The position numbers and the translations under genes were made by a program. A stretch of 64,000 bases of DNA from Bacteroidota bacterium (lineage in GTDB: Bacteria > Bacteroidota > Bacteroidia > Cytophagales > Microscillaceae): NCBI GenBank assembly GCA_004293265.1, contig RDXZ01000022.1:9158-73157 (forward strand), given 5' to 3'. Shown here piece after piece: positions 1 through 8,198 of the stretch (positions are counted from its first letter, which is position 1; every line of letters begins with the position of its first letter). The notes below the pieces were generated by a model, which was given only the letters and a program-made list of their open reading frames with translations, was not told the DNA's origin and did no database searches.

Positions 1-560
1 TGACCAAATATGGACGTGAAGAAATTGGAATTACAAAACCTCGAAATTTTAAATGGTTATTTATTGCTTTTGTTTGTGGACTTATTGCAAGCATATTGCT
101 TTATTTTTTCGGACAAATTTTATATGGTGATTCATATCAAAATTGGTATCAGTACATTGGAAAATCGTATAAAATTCCAGCGACTATAACTCAATCTGAT
201 AAAAAAATAATGTTTGCTATTATGGCAATAATAGGAATGTCATTTAGCCCAATCGGTGAAGAATTGTTTTTCAGAGGTATTGTACATTCAAGTTTTGCAA
301 AATCAATTGGAGAGAAAAAAGCTTCAATAGTTGACAGTTTAGCATTTGCATTAACTCATATTTCTCATTTTGGCTTGGTTTTCATCAACAATAAGTGGGA
401 CTTTTTTACTATTCCGACTATAATTTGGGTAATAAGTATGTTTTTAGTGAGTTTGTTATTCTATACTTTCCGAAAGAAATCAGGCTCGATATTAGGAGCA
501 ATTATATGTCATTCAGCTTTTAATTTAGGAATGACATTTTGCATATTTTATTTACTTTGA
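1..560 (+). CDS. CPBP-family (CAAX/Abi-like) intramembrane protease, 5-prime partial
   Basis: The frame of track ORF 96..560 stays open back to nt 3, so the gene starts upstream of the window. Motifs EELFFRG (EExxxR), LTHISHF and CHSAFN match the CPBP signature. Several hydrophobic helices. Confidence 0.7.
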   Translation, partial: TKYGREEIGITKPRNFKWLFIAFVCGLIASILLYFFGQILYGDSYQNWYQYIGKSYKIPATITQSDKKIMFAIMAIIGMSFSPIGEELFFRGIVHSSFAKSIGEKKASIVDSLAFALTHISHFGLVFINNKWDFFTIPTIIWVISMFLVSLLFYTFRKKSGSILGAIICHSAFNLGMTFCIFYLL

Positions 561-584
561 CAAACGGGAAGATGAACAAAAACT

Positions 585-717
585 GCCACCAACATCGGTT
601 TGGCAATATGGCGGCTGAATTGCTTCTATGAAACATTTGTGCAAGGTTCAACAGCAGTAATTCTATTGAACATTTGTGCTAAATTTCCGCCACATCGCCA
701 AGCCGAGAACCGTTGGC
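585..717 (+). repeat. attC-like imperfect hairpin element (copy 1)
   Basis: Left arm gccaccaacatcggtttggcaatatggcgg (585-614) pairs with right arm ccgccacatcgccaagccgagaaccgttggc (687-717). All mismatches are transitions. Outer GCCAAC/GTTGGC boxes. Internal GTGCTAAA box is shared with copies at 1333 and 4966. Confidence 0.4.
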
Positions 718-797
718 TGTCATTCTAAAACGACAACGCAAAATAGGAATATGAGAAAAAACAACACAAAAATAATCATTTGACAACTTCAAAAATT

Positions 798-1301
798 ATG
801 TATTCTGAACTTGAACTTATAGAAAGATTTATTCTTAAACCTTGTGAAATTGAACTAACAAACATAGAAGCAGAAATAGAAAGTCAAGAATATTTTGCTC
901 ATAATTTTGAACTTAGTGAGCAAAAAGTTAAGTTTAGAACAGCGAAAATTACCCCAACCAAAACAGGACAATTTGTAACAATTTGGAAACGGAACGAAAA
1001 AGGAATAACAGTGCCATTTGATGTTTTGGACAACTTTGACTTATTCATAATTGCGACACGAAAAGAAAAAAGTTTTGGAGTTTTCATATTTTCAAAAACA
1101 GTTTTGTTTGAAAATGGAATTTTATCAGATGAAACGAAAGGCGGAAAACGTGGAATAAGAGTTTATCCAACTTGGGATTTGACAACAAACAAACAGGCAC
1201 AAAAGACGCAAAATTGGCAGACAAAATGTTTTTTAGAAATACAGCAAGACAAGCAAATAGACCTTAAAAAAGTAAGAAACCTATTAAATTTGACTACATA
1301 A
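798..1301 (+). CDS. MepB-like protein (uncharacterised family)
   Basis: The stretch FRTAKITPTKTGQFVTIWKR ... GKRGIRVYPTWD ... QNWQ resembles the MepB family as I remember it. ATG at 798 is preferred over the TTG at 780. Confidence 0.45.
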   Translation: MYSELELIERFILKPCEIELTNIEAEIESQEYFAHNFELSEQKVKFRTAKITPTKTGQFVTIWKRNEKGITVPFDVLDNFDLFIIATRKEKSFGVFIFSKTVLFENGILSDETKGGKRGIRVYPTWDLTTNKQAQKTQNWQTKCFLEIQQDKQIDLKKVRNLLNLTT

Positions 1302-1332
1302 AAGTAAAAATTGACGAACAAAAAAGAACAAA

Positions 1333-1378
1333 CAACCAACATTGGCTTGGCAAAAGCGGGGCAGAGTGCTAAAAGAGT
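1333..1378 (+). repeat. attC-like element, left arm plus GTGCTAAA box (copy 2, right arm degenerate)
   Basis: aaccaacattggcttggcaaaagcgggg closely matches the left arm of copy 1 and is followed by cagaGTGCTAAAag. Only weak complementarity (gcttttc..ggttg) lies before the next ORF. Confidence 0.3.
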
Positions 1379-1442
1379 ACAACAAAACGGTTCAAAACAG
1401 ACTACTTGATTTGCTTTTCAGTAGGTTGAAAATTCCTAACAA

Positions 1443-1997
1443 ATGAAAGAACTCATCATAATAGCAGGAGCAAACGGTTCTGGAAAAACCACTTTTTCAG
1501 TGGAAATTTTGGGAAGGACAGGTTATACTTTTCTGAATGCAGACGAAATTGAAAAAGAATTAGCAGTTTCCAAATTGGAGGCTGGGAAGGAATTTTTTAG
1601 GCGTTTAGAAACTCTTTTGGTTGCAGAGCAAAGTTTTGTTTTAGAAAGCACTTTATCAGGCAATTATTTGGTAAAAATCATTGAAACCGCTAAAAAATCG
1701 GGATATTCTATCAAAATTATATATGTGTTTTTAGAAAACCCACAAAGTTGTATTCAAAGAATTAAGTTACGAGTAAAACTTGGAGGACATTTTGTGCCAA
1801 ATGATGACGTAATTCGCAGATATTATAGAAGTAAAGCCAATTTTTGGCATACTTACAAGGATTTAGCAGATGAGTGGGTAATAATTTACAACTCAACAGA
1901 CAAAGAACCTCAAAGAGTAGCCATAGGAACAGGCAAAAATTTTGTGGTTGAACTTGAAAATTTATTTCACGATTTTATAAACGAACTTGAAAAATGA
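1443..1997 (+). CDS. zeta-toxin-like P-loop kinase/ATPase
   Basis: N-terminal Walker A GANGSGKTT, about 180 aa, overall layout of zeta-toxin/COG4185-type P-loop proteins. Confidence 0.55.
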   Translation: MKELIIIAGANGSGKTTFSVEILGRTGYTFLNADEIEKELAVSKLEAGKEFFRRLETLLVAEQSFVLESTLSGNYLVKIIETAKKSGYSIKIIYVFLENPQSCIQRIKLRVKLGGHFVPNDDVIRRYYRSKANFWHTYKDLADEWVIIYNSTDKEPQRVAIGTGKNFVVELENLFHDFINELEK

Positions 1998-2206
1998 GAG
2001 TAGAAAAATTAGACAGTTTAACGGTTTATCAAAATGCTTCTTTATTTACTAATTTGTTTAGTAAAGCAGTACAAAGGGCAAAAGAAATAAACCATAAAAA
2101 CGGATTGCCTAACGACTTTGTAGTCAAAGGTAAACACTTTTACGAATTGCCAAACGGAGAAATAGTGACTGAAAACCCATTAGCAGACAACAGTGCGAAA
2201 CAATAA
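1994..2206 (+). CDS. small protein translationally coupled to the zeta-like ATPase (possible partner/antitoxin)
   Basis: ATGA start/stop overlap of 4 nt with the upstream gene. 70 aa. Followed by a strong terminator. Confidence 0.4.
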   Translation: MRVEKLDSLTVYQNASLFTNLFSKAVQRAKEINHKNGLPNDFVVKGKHFYELPNGEIVTENPLADNSAKQ

Positions 2207-2252
2207 AAACAGCCCAAAACATTGACTCACACCCATTAAGTTAAGAAAAAAG

Positions 2253-2287
2253 GTGGCACAAGGCTTGCTTTGTGCCACTTTTTTTCC
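2253..2287 (+). terminator. intrinsic terminator
   Basis: Stem gtggcacaa / ttgtgccac (2254-2278) followed by a T-run. Confidence 0.7.
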
Positions 2288-2519
2288 AAAAAATAAAGAA
2301 AATAGATATACAAAATACACACCTTACTAAATCCCTTTTATCTTGATGTAATATTTTAATGAATATTACATTTTTTTTTAATTCAAAAAAAATGAAAAAA
2401 GTACAATTTTTTTATATATTTTTTGCTCATTTTTTTAATATAATTTAAGTAATATTTTAACTTTTTCTTTAACTTTTTCGTTTCTAATATAAATAATAAA
2501 TTTATTTTTGAAAATAAAT

Positions 2520-2567
2520 ATCTTAAACATTATCTTAAAAAAAATCTTAAACAAAAAAATCTTAAAC
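2520..2567 (+). promoter_or_regulatory. four direct ATCTTAAA(C) repeats immediately upstream of a small HTH gene
   Basis: Copies start at 2520, 2532, 2544 and 2559 (spacing 12, 12, 15 nt). They end 3 nt before the ATG at 2571. Confidence 0.5.
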
Positions 2568-2570
2568 AAA

Positions 2571-2723
2571 ATGTTTAGTAAAAAAGAAATACAAAGTTGG
2601 TACAAAGTATCAAGACCAACACTGAATAAAAGACTTGATTTATTGGGTTTTGAGAAAGGAAAAAGGTTATTTTTACTTATTGAAATTCAAACTATTATGA
2701 CCGCTTGGGGAGTTCCCCAGTAA
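2571..2723 (+). CDS. 50-aa excisionase/AlpA-type HTH protein (paralog 1)
   Basis: MFSKKEIQSWYKVSRPTLNKRLDLLGF... The SRPTLNK recognition-helix motif is shared with the neighbouring 50-aa ORF. ATG at 2571 is preferred over the low-complexity TTG start at 2508. Confidence 0.55.
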   Translation: MFSKKEIQSWYKVSRPTLNKRLDLLGFEKGKRLFLLIEIQTIMTAWGVPQ

Positions 2724-2753
2724 AATGTAAACAAATTGTAAACTTAATGTAGC

Positions 2754-2906
2754 ATGAATAAAAAACAACTCACTGCCTTATATAAAATAAGCAGACCAAC
2801 CCTAAATAAATGGTTGAAAAAGATAGGAGTATATGAAAAATCAAAGCATATTTTTACTCCAAAAGAAATGATTTATATTGTGGATAGATTGGGCGACCCA
2901 GAATAA
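2754..2906 (+). CDS. 50-aa excisionase/AlpA-type HTH protein (paralog 2, below the ORF-track cutoff)
   Basis: Hand translation: MNKKQLTALYKISRPTLNKWLKKIGVYEKSKHIFTPKEMIYIVDRLGDPE. Same length and SRPTLNK motif as 2571..2723. Confidence 0.55.
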   Translation: MNKKQLTALYKISRPTLNKWLKKIGVYEKSKHIFTPKEMIYIVDRLGDPE

Positions 2907-3752
2907 AAAAAAATTCCTATTATTCAAAAAATAATAGGAATTTGGATTGATTTTCAAGACAAAAAATATAAATACTTAATATAAATCAACCATAATTATA
3001 TTATCATTAATAAGTTTTGTCATAATATGCTCTAATTGCTGTTTAACAAGCAGATATTTGACAATTCGTAACATATCCTCCGAAATTTCACAATCTAACT
3101 CATAATTTTCATTATCATTGCCTAAAATAGTAATAGTGGCAGTCCTGAAATGTTGTCAAGATTTGACAAAGTAACAAATTTTTTATTTTCCATAATTTTG
3201 ACGTATATATAATTTAATTAAAAATTACAATTAAAAAAATAAAGAGATTGAATTTTTTTGCGTCTTGTTTATCATATCGTTATCTACGGCATCAGAGCAA
3301 ATGAAAAATCAAAACATTGACTAAATTCCCTCAAGAAACATCAAAATTCCATTTTTTACGCTTTACAAAGTGTCAAACACCTTATCAGACTATGCAAAAA
3401 AAGGCAGGGAGGCACTGTGTTTTTCACGTTGTATCGGCTTATAGCCAATCAACCAATTTAGAAGCCGTGATATTCTCCCTGTCCAATCTCTTTAAGTATC
3501 TTTATATTTACGATTTTTGATAATATCGTTAGATATATCTAAATCAGATCATAGTATAAAAAAAATATTTAAAGATATAATATTTACAAATATTTTCGTT
3601 ATATTTGCAAATTCATATTCATTATTGATATGCAAAGTAAATACGAAATTTTCGTATTTACAAATTATTATACGAAAATTCCGTATTATTTTTTTAAATT
3701 CTTTAAATAATTATATGATTTATATAAATAGTACAATAAATAAAATAAAATT

Positions 3753-4070
3753 ATGGAAAATATAAACTCAAAGTTCATAAAAGCAGTAGAAACGCTTGAA
3801 AAACTTGGTAAAATATCATCAAGAAAGGATATTGCCGATAAGTTGAATTATAAACCATCTACATTAACAGACATTCTAAAAGGAAGAAGTGCGATAAACA
3901 CAGCGTCATTACAAAATTTTTGCAAGATGTATAATATAAACCTTTATTGGCTGTTTTATGGAGAAGGGGAGATGTTTAATGATGACACACCTGAAAAGAA
4001 CTCAAAAGAGATAGATACTAAAATTCAAATTGATACCCCTCAACAACGTCTGAGGGGTATCGGTATTTAA
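3753..4070 (+). CDS. phage CI/XRE-like HTH transcriptional regulator
   Basis: ISSRKDIADKLNYKPSTLTDILKGRSAINTASLQNFCKMYNINLYWLFYGEGEMF is the classic CI-repressor-type HTH with the WLxxGxG tail. Confidence 0.7.
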   Translation: MENINSKFIKAVETLEKLGKISSRKDIADKLNYKPSTLTDILKGRSAINTASLQNFCKMYNINLYWLFYGEGEMFNDDTPEKNSKEIDTKIQIDTPQQRLRGIGI

Positions 4071-4539
4071 TGGGGTATGCTCAAAAAAAAATCATTATAT
4101 ATTTAAAAAAAAATCATTTGAATAATATAGATTAGCATTGATGTTCAAAAAAATATCATAATCTTTGAAAAGTACAATTATTGAGGGAATTTATAAAAGT
4201 ACAAAAAACTATCAAAGTTCATTTCAAGCGATTTGACTGAAAGGAAAAAAGATAGTTAGATGTAAGTTTTTTTGTTAAAAAGAATTATTTTTTTGTTGAT
4301 TTTGAGTGTTTTGCCTGTTTTTGAGGTAGGGGGGTAAGATTTTTTTAAAAAACGAGAAGAAATAGGCATTTTATTATAAAAAAAGGGATTTATAAGGTGT
4401 CCTAATCTTTTTTCATTACTTAAATGCTTGATTATCAATAGGAAAAGAGATAACATATTTACTTTTGTGTTAGGATATGCGTGGGTTGCGTGTATTTATG
4501 AGTTGTCATCAATTTTAAATAAAATAAAAACTTAAAAAT

Positions 4540-4944
4540 ATGGAAGTTTACAAAAGTAAATATCTTCATTTGGCTTTTTTTGCCGAACAAGAACTTATTG
4601 AAATGACTTGGTTGCCTTCAACAGATGAAATGACAGAAGAAGAGTACAAACAAGAATTTCTAAATTACCTTGATATTATTCTAAAAGTTCGTCCCAAAAA
4701 GATAATTCCTGATACAAGGAATATGTTTTTTCCAATAGTTCCTAAACTGCAAGAGTGGACAAATCAAGTTGTTTTTCCTCCAAGTTTAGAAATGGGACTT
4801 AACAAAGCGGCTTTCGTGGTTAGTCAAGAGATGATAGCACAACTTTCTATCGAACAAACAATGGAAGAACACGAAGGTGTTAAATTTGTAACTCGTTATT
4901 TTGAGAGTAAAGAAGAAGCCAAACAATGGATACTTTCTTTATAA
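4540..4944 (+). CDS. hypothetical protein (possibly SpoIIAA/STAS-like fold)
   Basis: Clean 134-aa ORF with non-low-complexity sequence, flanked downstream by an attC-like hairpin. The fold guess is weak. Confidence 0.5.
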   Translation: MEVYKSKYLHLAFFAEQELIEMTWLPSTDEMTEEEYKQEFLNYLDIILKVRPKKIIPDTRNMFFPIVPKLQEWTNQVVFPPSLEMGLNKAAFVVSQEMIAQLSIEQTMEEHEGVKFVTRYFESKEEAKQWILSL

Positions 4945-4973
4945 GAATGAACCAAAAAACTACTACTAACATT

Positions 4974-5082
4974 GTGTTTATGAAAAAGGTGCAAAAGTGC
5001 TAAATTTAGACTATAGATGCTATTTATTGGCTTTTGTGGTAAATTAAATTTTTGTGTTTTTAATTCCTTTCTTCATAAACAC
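4974..5082 (+). repeat. attC-like imperfect hairpin element (copy 3)
   Basis: gtgtttatgaaaaagg (4974-4989) pairs with cctttcttcataaacac (5066-5082) with one bulged base. It is preceded by CTAACATTG like the other copies and contains the GTGCTAAATTT box (4997-5007). Confidence 0.4.
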
Positions 5083-5128
5083 TTTTCCATTGCTTGCAAA
5101 CATAAAATAACACATTTAAACTTTGATA

Positions 5129-5473
5129 ATGGAATTAAAACTACTTGTTATTAGGGCAAACGAACCCGAAAAAATTGCTAATTTTTTCAGTATTTTAGGA
5201 ATCACTTTTGACTACCATAAACACGGAAATTCACCATTGCATTATTCAGCAACACTTGGACAAGTAATTTTAGAAATTTACCCATTGGCAAAAAATCAAA
5301 TAGAAACTGATAAAAATCTACGTTTAAGCTTTAAAATTGATGATTTTGATACAGTAATTGAAAAATTAAAAGAAAATGAAATTACATTTTTATCAGAACC
5401 TAAACAAACTGATTTTGGTTATATGGTAATTATTCAAGACCCAGAAGGAAGAAAAATAGAACTTTATAGGTAA
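5129..5473 (+). CDS. VOC-family (glyoxalase/bleomycin-resistance-like) protein
   Basis: About 114 aa. The C-terminal IIQDPEGRKIELY is typical of the VOC fold. Confidence 0.65.
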   Translation: MELKLLVIRANEPEKIANFFSILGITFDYHKHGNSPLHYSATLGQVILEIYPLAKNQIETDKNLRLSFKIDDFDTVIEKLKENEITFLSEPKQTDFGYMVIIQDPEGRKIELYR

Positions 5474-5770
5474 GAAAATATGCTTTGTATAACCAAATTC
5501 ATCTACATTTTATAATTATCAATTAGTTTATAGAAATAAGACAAGAAATTAACCAAATGGTCTTAACAAAACGCTAAAATGAGTTGGTGTATTTATAAAT
5601 AAAAAAAATATTTTTATTATCACTATAAAAGTATAAATATCATTTCACTTATATTTACAACAATAAATATCAAAATCAGTTAAAAAATCTTTATTTTTTT
5701 TTTATTTATACAATAAAAATATTATTTTTGCAGAACATATTATTTATGCAATAAAAAAATAAACAAAAAA

Positions 5771-8110
5771 ATGAAAAGACTATTACTAATTATTATTTTC
5801 TTGGCTGTGATTATAAAAGTTAATGCTCAAATTGACACCACTGAAATTGATAAAATGAATAAATTAGATTTAATCGAAGGAAAAGAATCTGATGAAATAA
5901 AGGTCATTTCTGCCAGCCGCTCTAACCGAAAAATTAGTGAATTACCAACTACTATTCAAGTGATTACCAAAGAAGAAATACAACGAAATGGTTACATCAC
6001 TTTGATAGATGTACTCAAACACGTTTCAGGTATTCGTACTTCACAACCTGGTAGTGCAGATTTTGGAGAAAGTTTTTTGATGCGTGGATTGATAGGCAAT
6101 TATTACACAAAAATATTATTAAATAGTATTCCATTACAACCTTCTGCCACAGGTATTTTGCCGATTGCCGAACAATTACCCATCGCCCAAGCCGAAAGAA
6201 TTGAGATAATTTTTGGACCTGCTTCCGCAATCTATGGAGCAGATGCTATGGCAGGTGTTATCAATATCATCACTAAAAATGCAGATAATGGCAATTTTGT
6301 AACAGGAAATATTGTTTCAGGAGAATATGGTTACAGACATTTTAATTTTTCGATGGGTGGAAAATTTGGCAAAGATAAAAATGTAGTAAAATATATGGTA
6401 TATGCGAATTATGCCAAAAGAGATGATTTAAACACATTTTATGATAAAGATTTGTATAATCCGCTCAACAACTCAACATTTAGTGATAGTGTAAGACGTG
6501 TAGCTGCTCTAAACCCAACTGTTTTTTTTCAAAATGTGATTTTAAGAAGTTTTCCATATTATGAAGGAACTTTAGACAAACCTGAATTTAATACCAAACC
6601 CCAACAAAGTCATTTAATCGGATTTCAAGCACAATATAAAAATTTTCAATTTAGTTTCAATGAAATGTATAGACAAAACCACTATGCTATAGGTTTATCT
6701 CCTTTGGTTTTTTCTCATGCTAATCCCAATACATTTTCGGGTGATAAATTTCAACGTTATACTTTGAGTTATAACAAAGATTGGGAAAAATGGTCTTTGA
6801 CTGCTAATATTTCTTATAATCGATATAGGTACAACCCAAAATCATCAAGAGGTTCAAATTATGATGGTTTCAATGGTACTTCTTATAAATATGCGGCTTC
6901 TGATGATATTTTTGCAGAAGTTTTATTGCGTTTTAATTCATCTAAAAAATGGGAATGGACTTTTGGTACTTCTTTTCAAATGTCAAGTATTTTACCTTTG
7001 ACCAATGATTTGGCACAACCTTTCGATGAAAAAAATTATATACCTTTTCAAAAAAAAATACCTGATGCCATACCACTTTTAGGAACATTTGGTTTTAATC
7101 CACAAGTGTATTATAATTTTGGATTTTTTACACAATTTATCAAAACATTAGACAAATGGACTTTGGTAGGTGGTTTTAGAATTGATAGAAATTCAGGTTA
7201 TGAAAATAAATCAGCACTTTCGGTTGCACCCATTGGACAAATTCGAGTTTCAGCACAATACAATGTCAAAAAAAATTTATCAGTAAGACTTTCTTTTGGA
7301 AGTGCTTTCAAAGCTCCCTCTCCTTCTGAAACTTATATTTCTTTGGGAATACCAATACCTAACATTAATAAAGTTGCTTATCAGCAAATCCCAAATCCAA
7401 ACTTAAAGCCAGAGTCTTTATTTTCAACCGAAATCGGTATGCGTTATAATCCTAATAATAATTTTTCATTAGAAATGATACTCTATTCATATAATATTAC
7501 CCAAAGAATATCAACAATAGCAACTACAATAGATATAAATACATACTCAAATGCTTTTTTTCCACCCAATGTACCAACAACAACAAGAAGCTATGGCAAT
7601 GATAATCTTTCGAGTTCTCAATTAGCAACTTTAGAATTACTTGCTCGTTATAAAAATTTAATTCCTGAAATAAAACTAAATGTTGATGCTAATGTTTCTT
7701 ATAGTCAAGGCAGAGAAATATTACCTGATGACCCTTTGCGTACAGATGACGGAGGTATAATTAATGAATTTAGAATGATGCCTCGTTGGTCAGGAAAACT
7801 AAATTTTGATTTTTCACCTTCAAAAAATTGGTATTTTAGATTCGAAAATATTATGATGTCTTCTTGGCAGAGAAGATATACTTTGAATGCGGCTTTGGTA
7901 GATGAAACATACAGAGTGGCAGGATATTACTCCTTAGATTTTATTGGAAGATACAAATTGAGCAAAAATATCAGTACTTATTGCAGAGTTACCAATGTTT
8001 TCAATCAAAATTATGGGGGAATAGATGCCACAGGTTTTGATGTTGATTTGCGTTATAATCCACAATATTTAAGAATGTTTCAAATAGGACTTAATTTTAA
8101 TTTGGATTAA
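5771..8110 (+). CDS. TonB-dependent outer-membrane receptor
   Basis: Signal peptide, plug motifs (ELPTTIQVITKEEIQRNGYITLIDVLKHVSGIR; IEIIFGPASAIYGADAMAGVINIITK), and a long beta-barrel with aromatic-rich strands. Confidence 0.9.
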   Translation: MKRLLLIIIFLAVIIKVNAQIDTTEIDKMNKLDLIEGKESDEIKVISASRSNRKISELPTTIQVITKEEIQRNGYITLIDVLKHVSGIRTSQPGSADFGESFLMRGLIGNYYTKILLNSIPLQPSATGILPIAEQLPIAQAERIEIIFGPASAIYGADAMAGVINIITKNADNGNFVTGNIVSGEYGYRHFNFSMGGKFGKDKNVVKYMVYANYAKRDDLNTFYDKDLYNPLNNSTFSDSVRRVAALNPTVFFQNVILRSFPYYEGTLDKPEFNTKPQQSHLIGFQAQYKNFQFSFNEMYRQNHYAIGLSPLVFSHANPNTFSGDKFQRYTLSYNKDWEKWSLTANISYNRYRYNPKSSRGSNYDGFNGTSYKYAASDDIFAEVLLRFNSSKKWEWTFGTSFQMSSILPLTNDLAQPFDEKNYIPFQKKIPDAIPLLGTFGFNPQVYYNFGFFTQFIKTLDKWTLVGGFRIDRNSGYENKSALSVAPIGQIRVSAQYNVKKNLSVRLSFGSAFKAPSPSETYISLGIPIPNINKVAYQQIPNPNLKPESLFSTEIGMRYNPNNNFSLEMILYSYNITQRISTIATTIDINTYSNAFFPPNVPTTTRSYGNDNLSSSQLATLELLARYKNLIPEIKLNVDANVSYSQGREILPDDPLRTDDGGIINEFRMMPRWSGKLNFDFSPSKNWYFRFENIMMSSWQRRYTLNAALVDETYRVAGYYSLDFIGRYKLSKNISTYCRVTNVFNQNYGGIDATGFDVDLRYNPQYLRMFQIGLNFNLD

Positions 8111-8198
8111 TTATTTTAGGTTCTTAACGAAAATATTTTTATAAAATAATACGATTATTTTGTTTTTATCTAATATCTTTGCCAGAAAAAAATACATT

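Noticed and set aside
2960-3215. Minus-strand small ORF (MENKKFVTLSNLDNISGLPLLLF, then after a frame change GNDNENYELDCEISEDMLRIVKYLL...)
   Set aside because: It needs a frameshift to give even 70 aa, and I recognise no motif. It may be a decayed gene, but there is not enough support to annotate it.
3317-3765. Two plus-strand ORFs of 67 and 82 aa upstream of the CI-like gene
   Set aside because: They have non-ATG starts and Ile/Phe/Asn/Lys-rich translations typical of random frames in AT-rich DNA. No motif is recognisable. The region more likely holds the promoter and operator of the 3753 gene.
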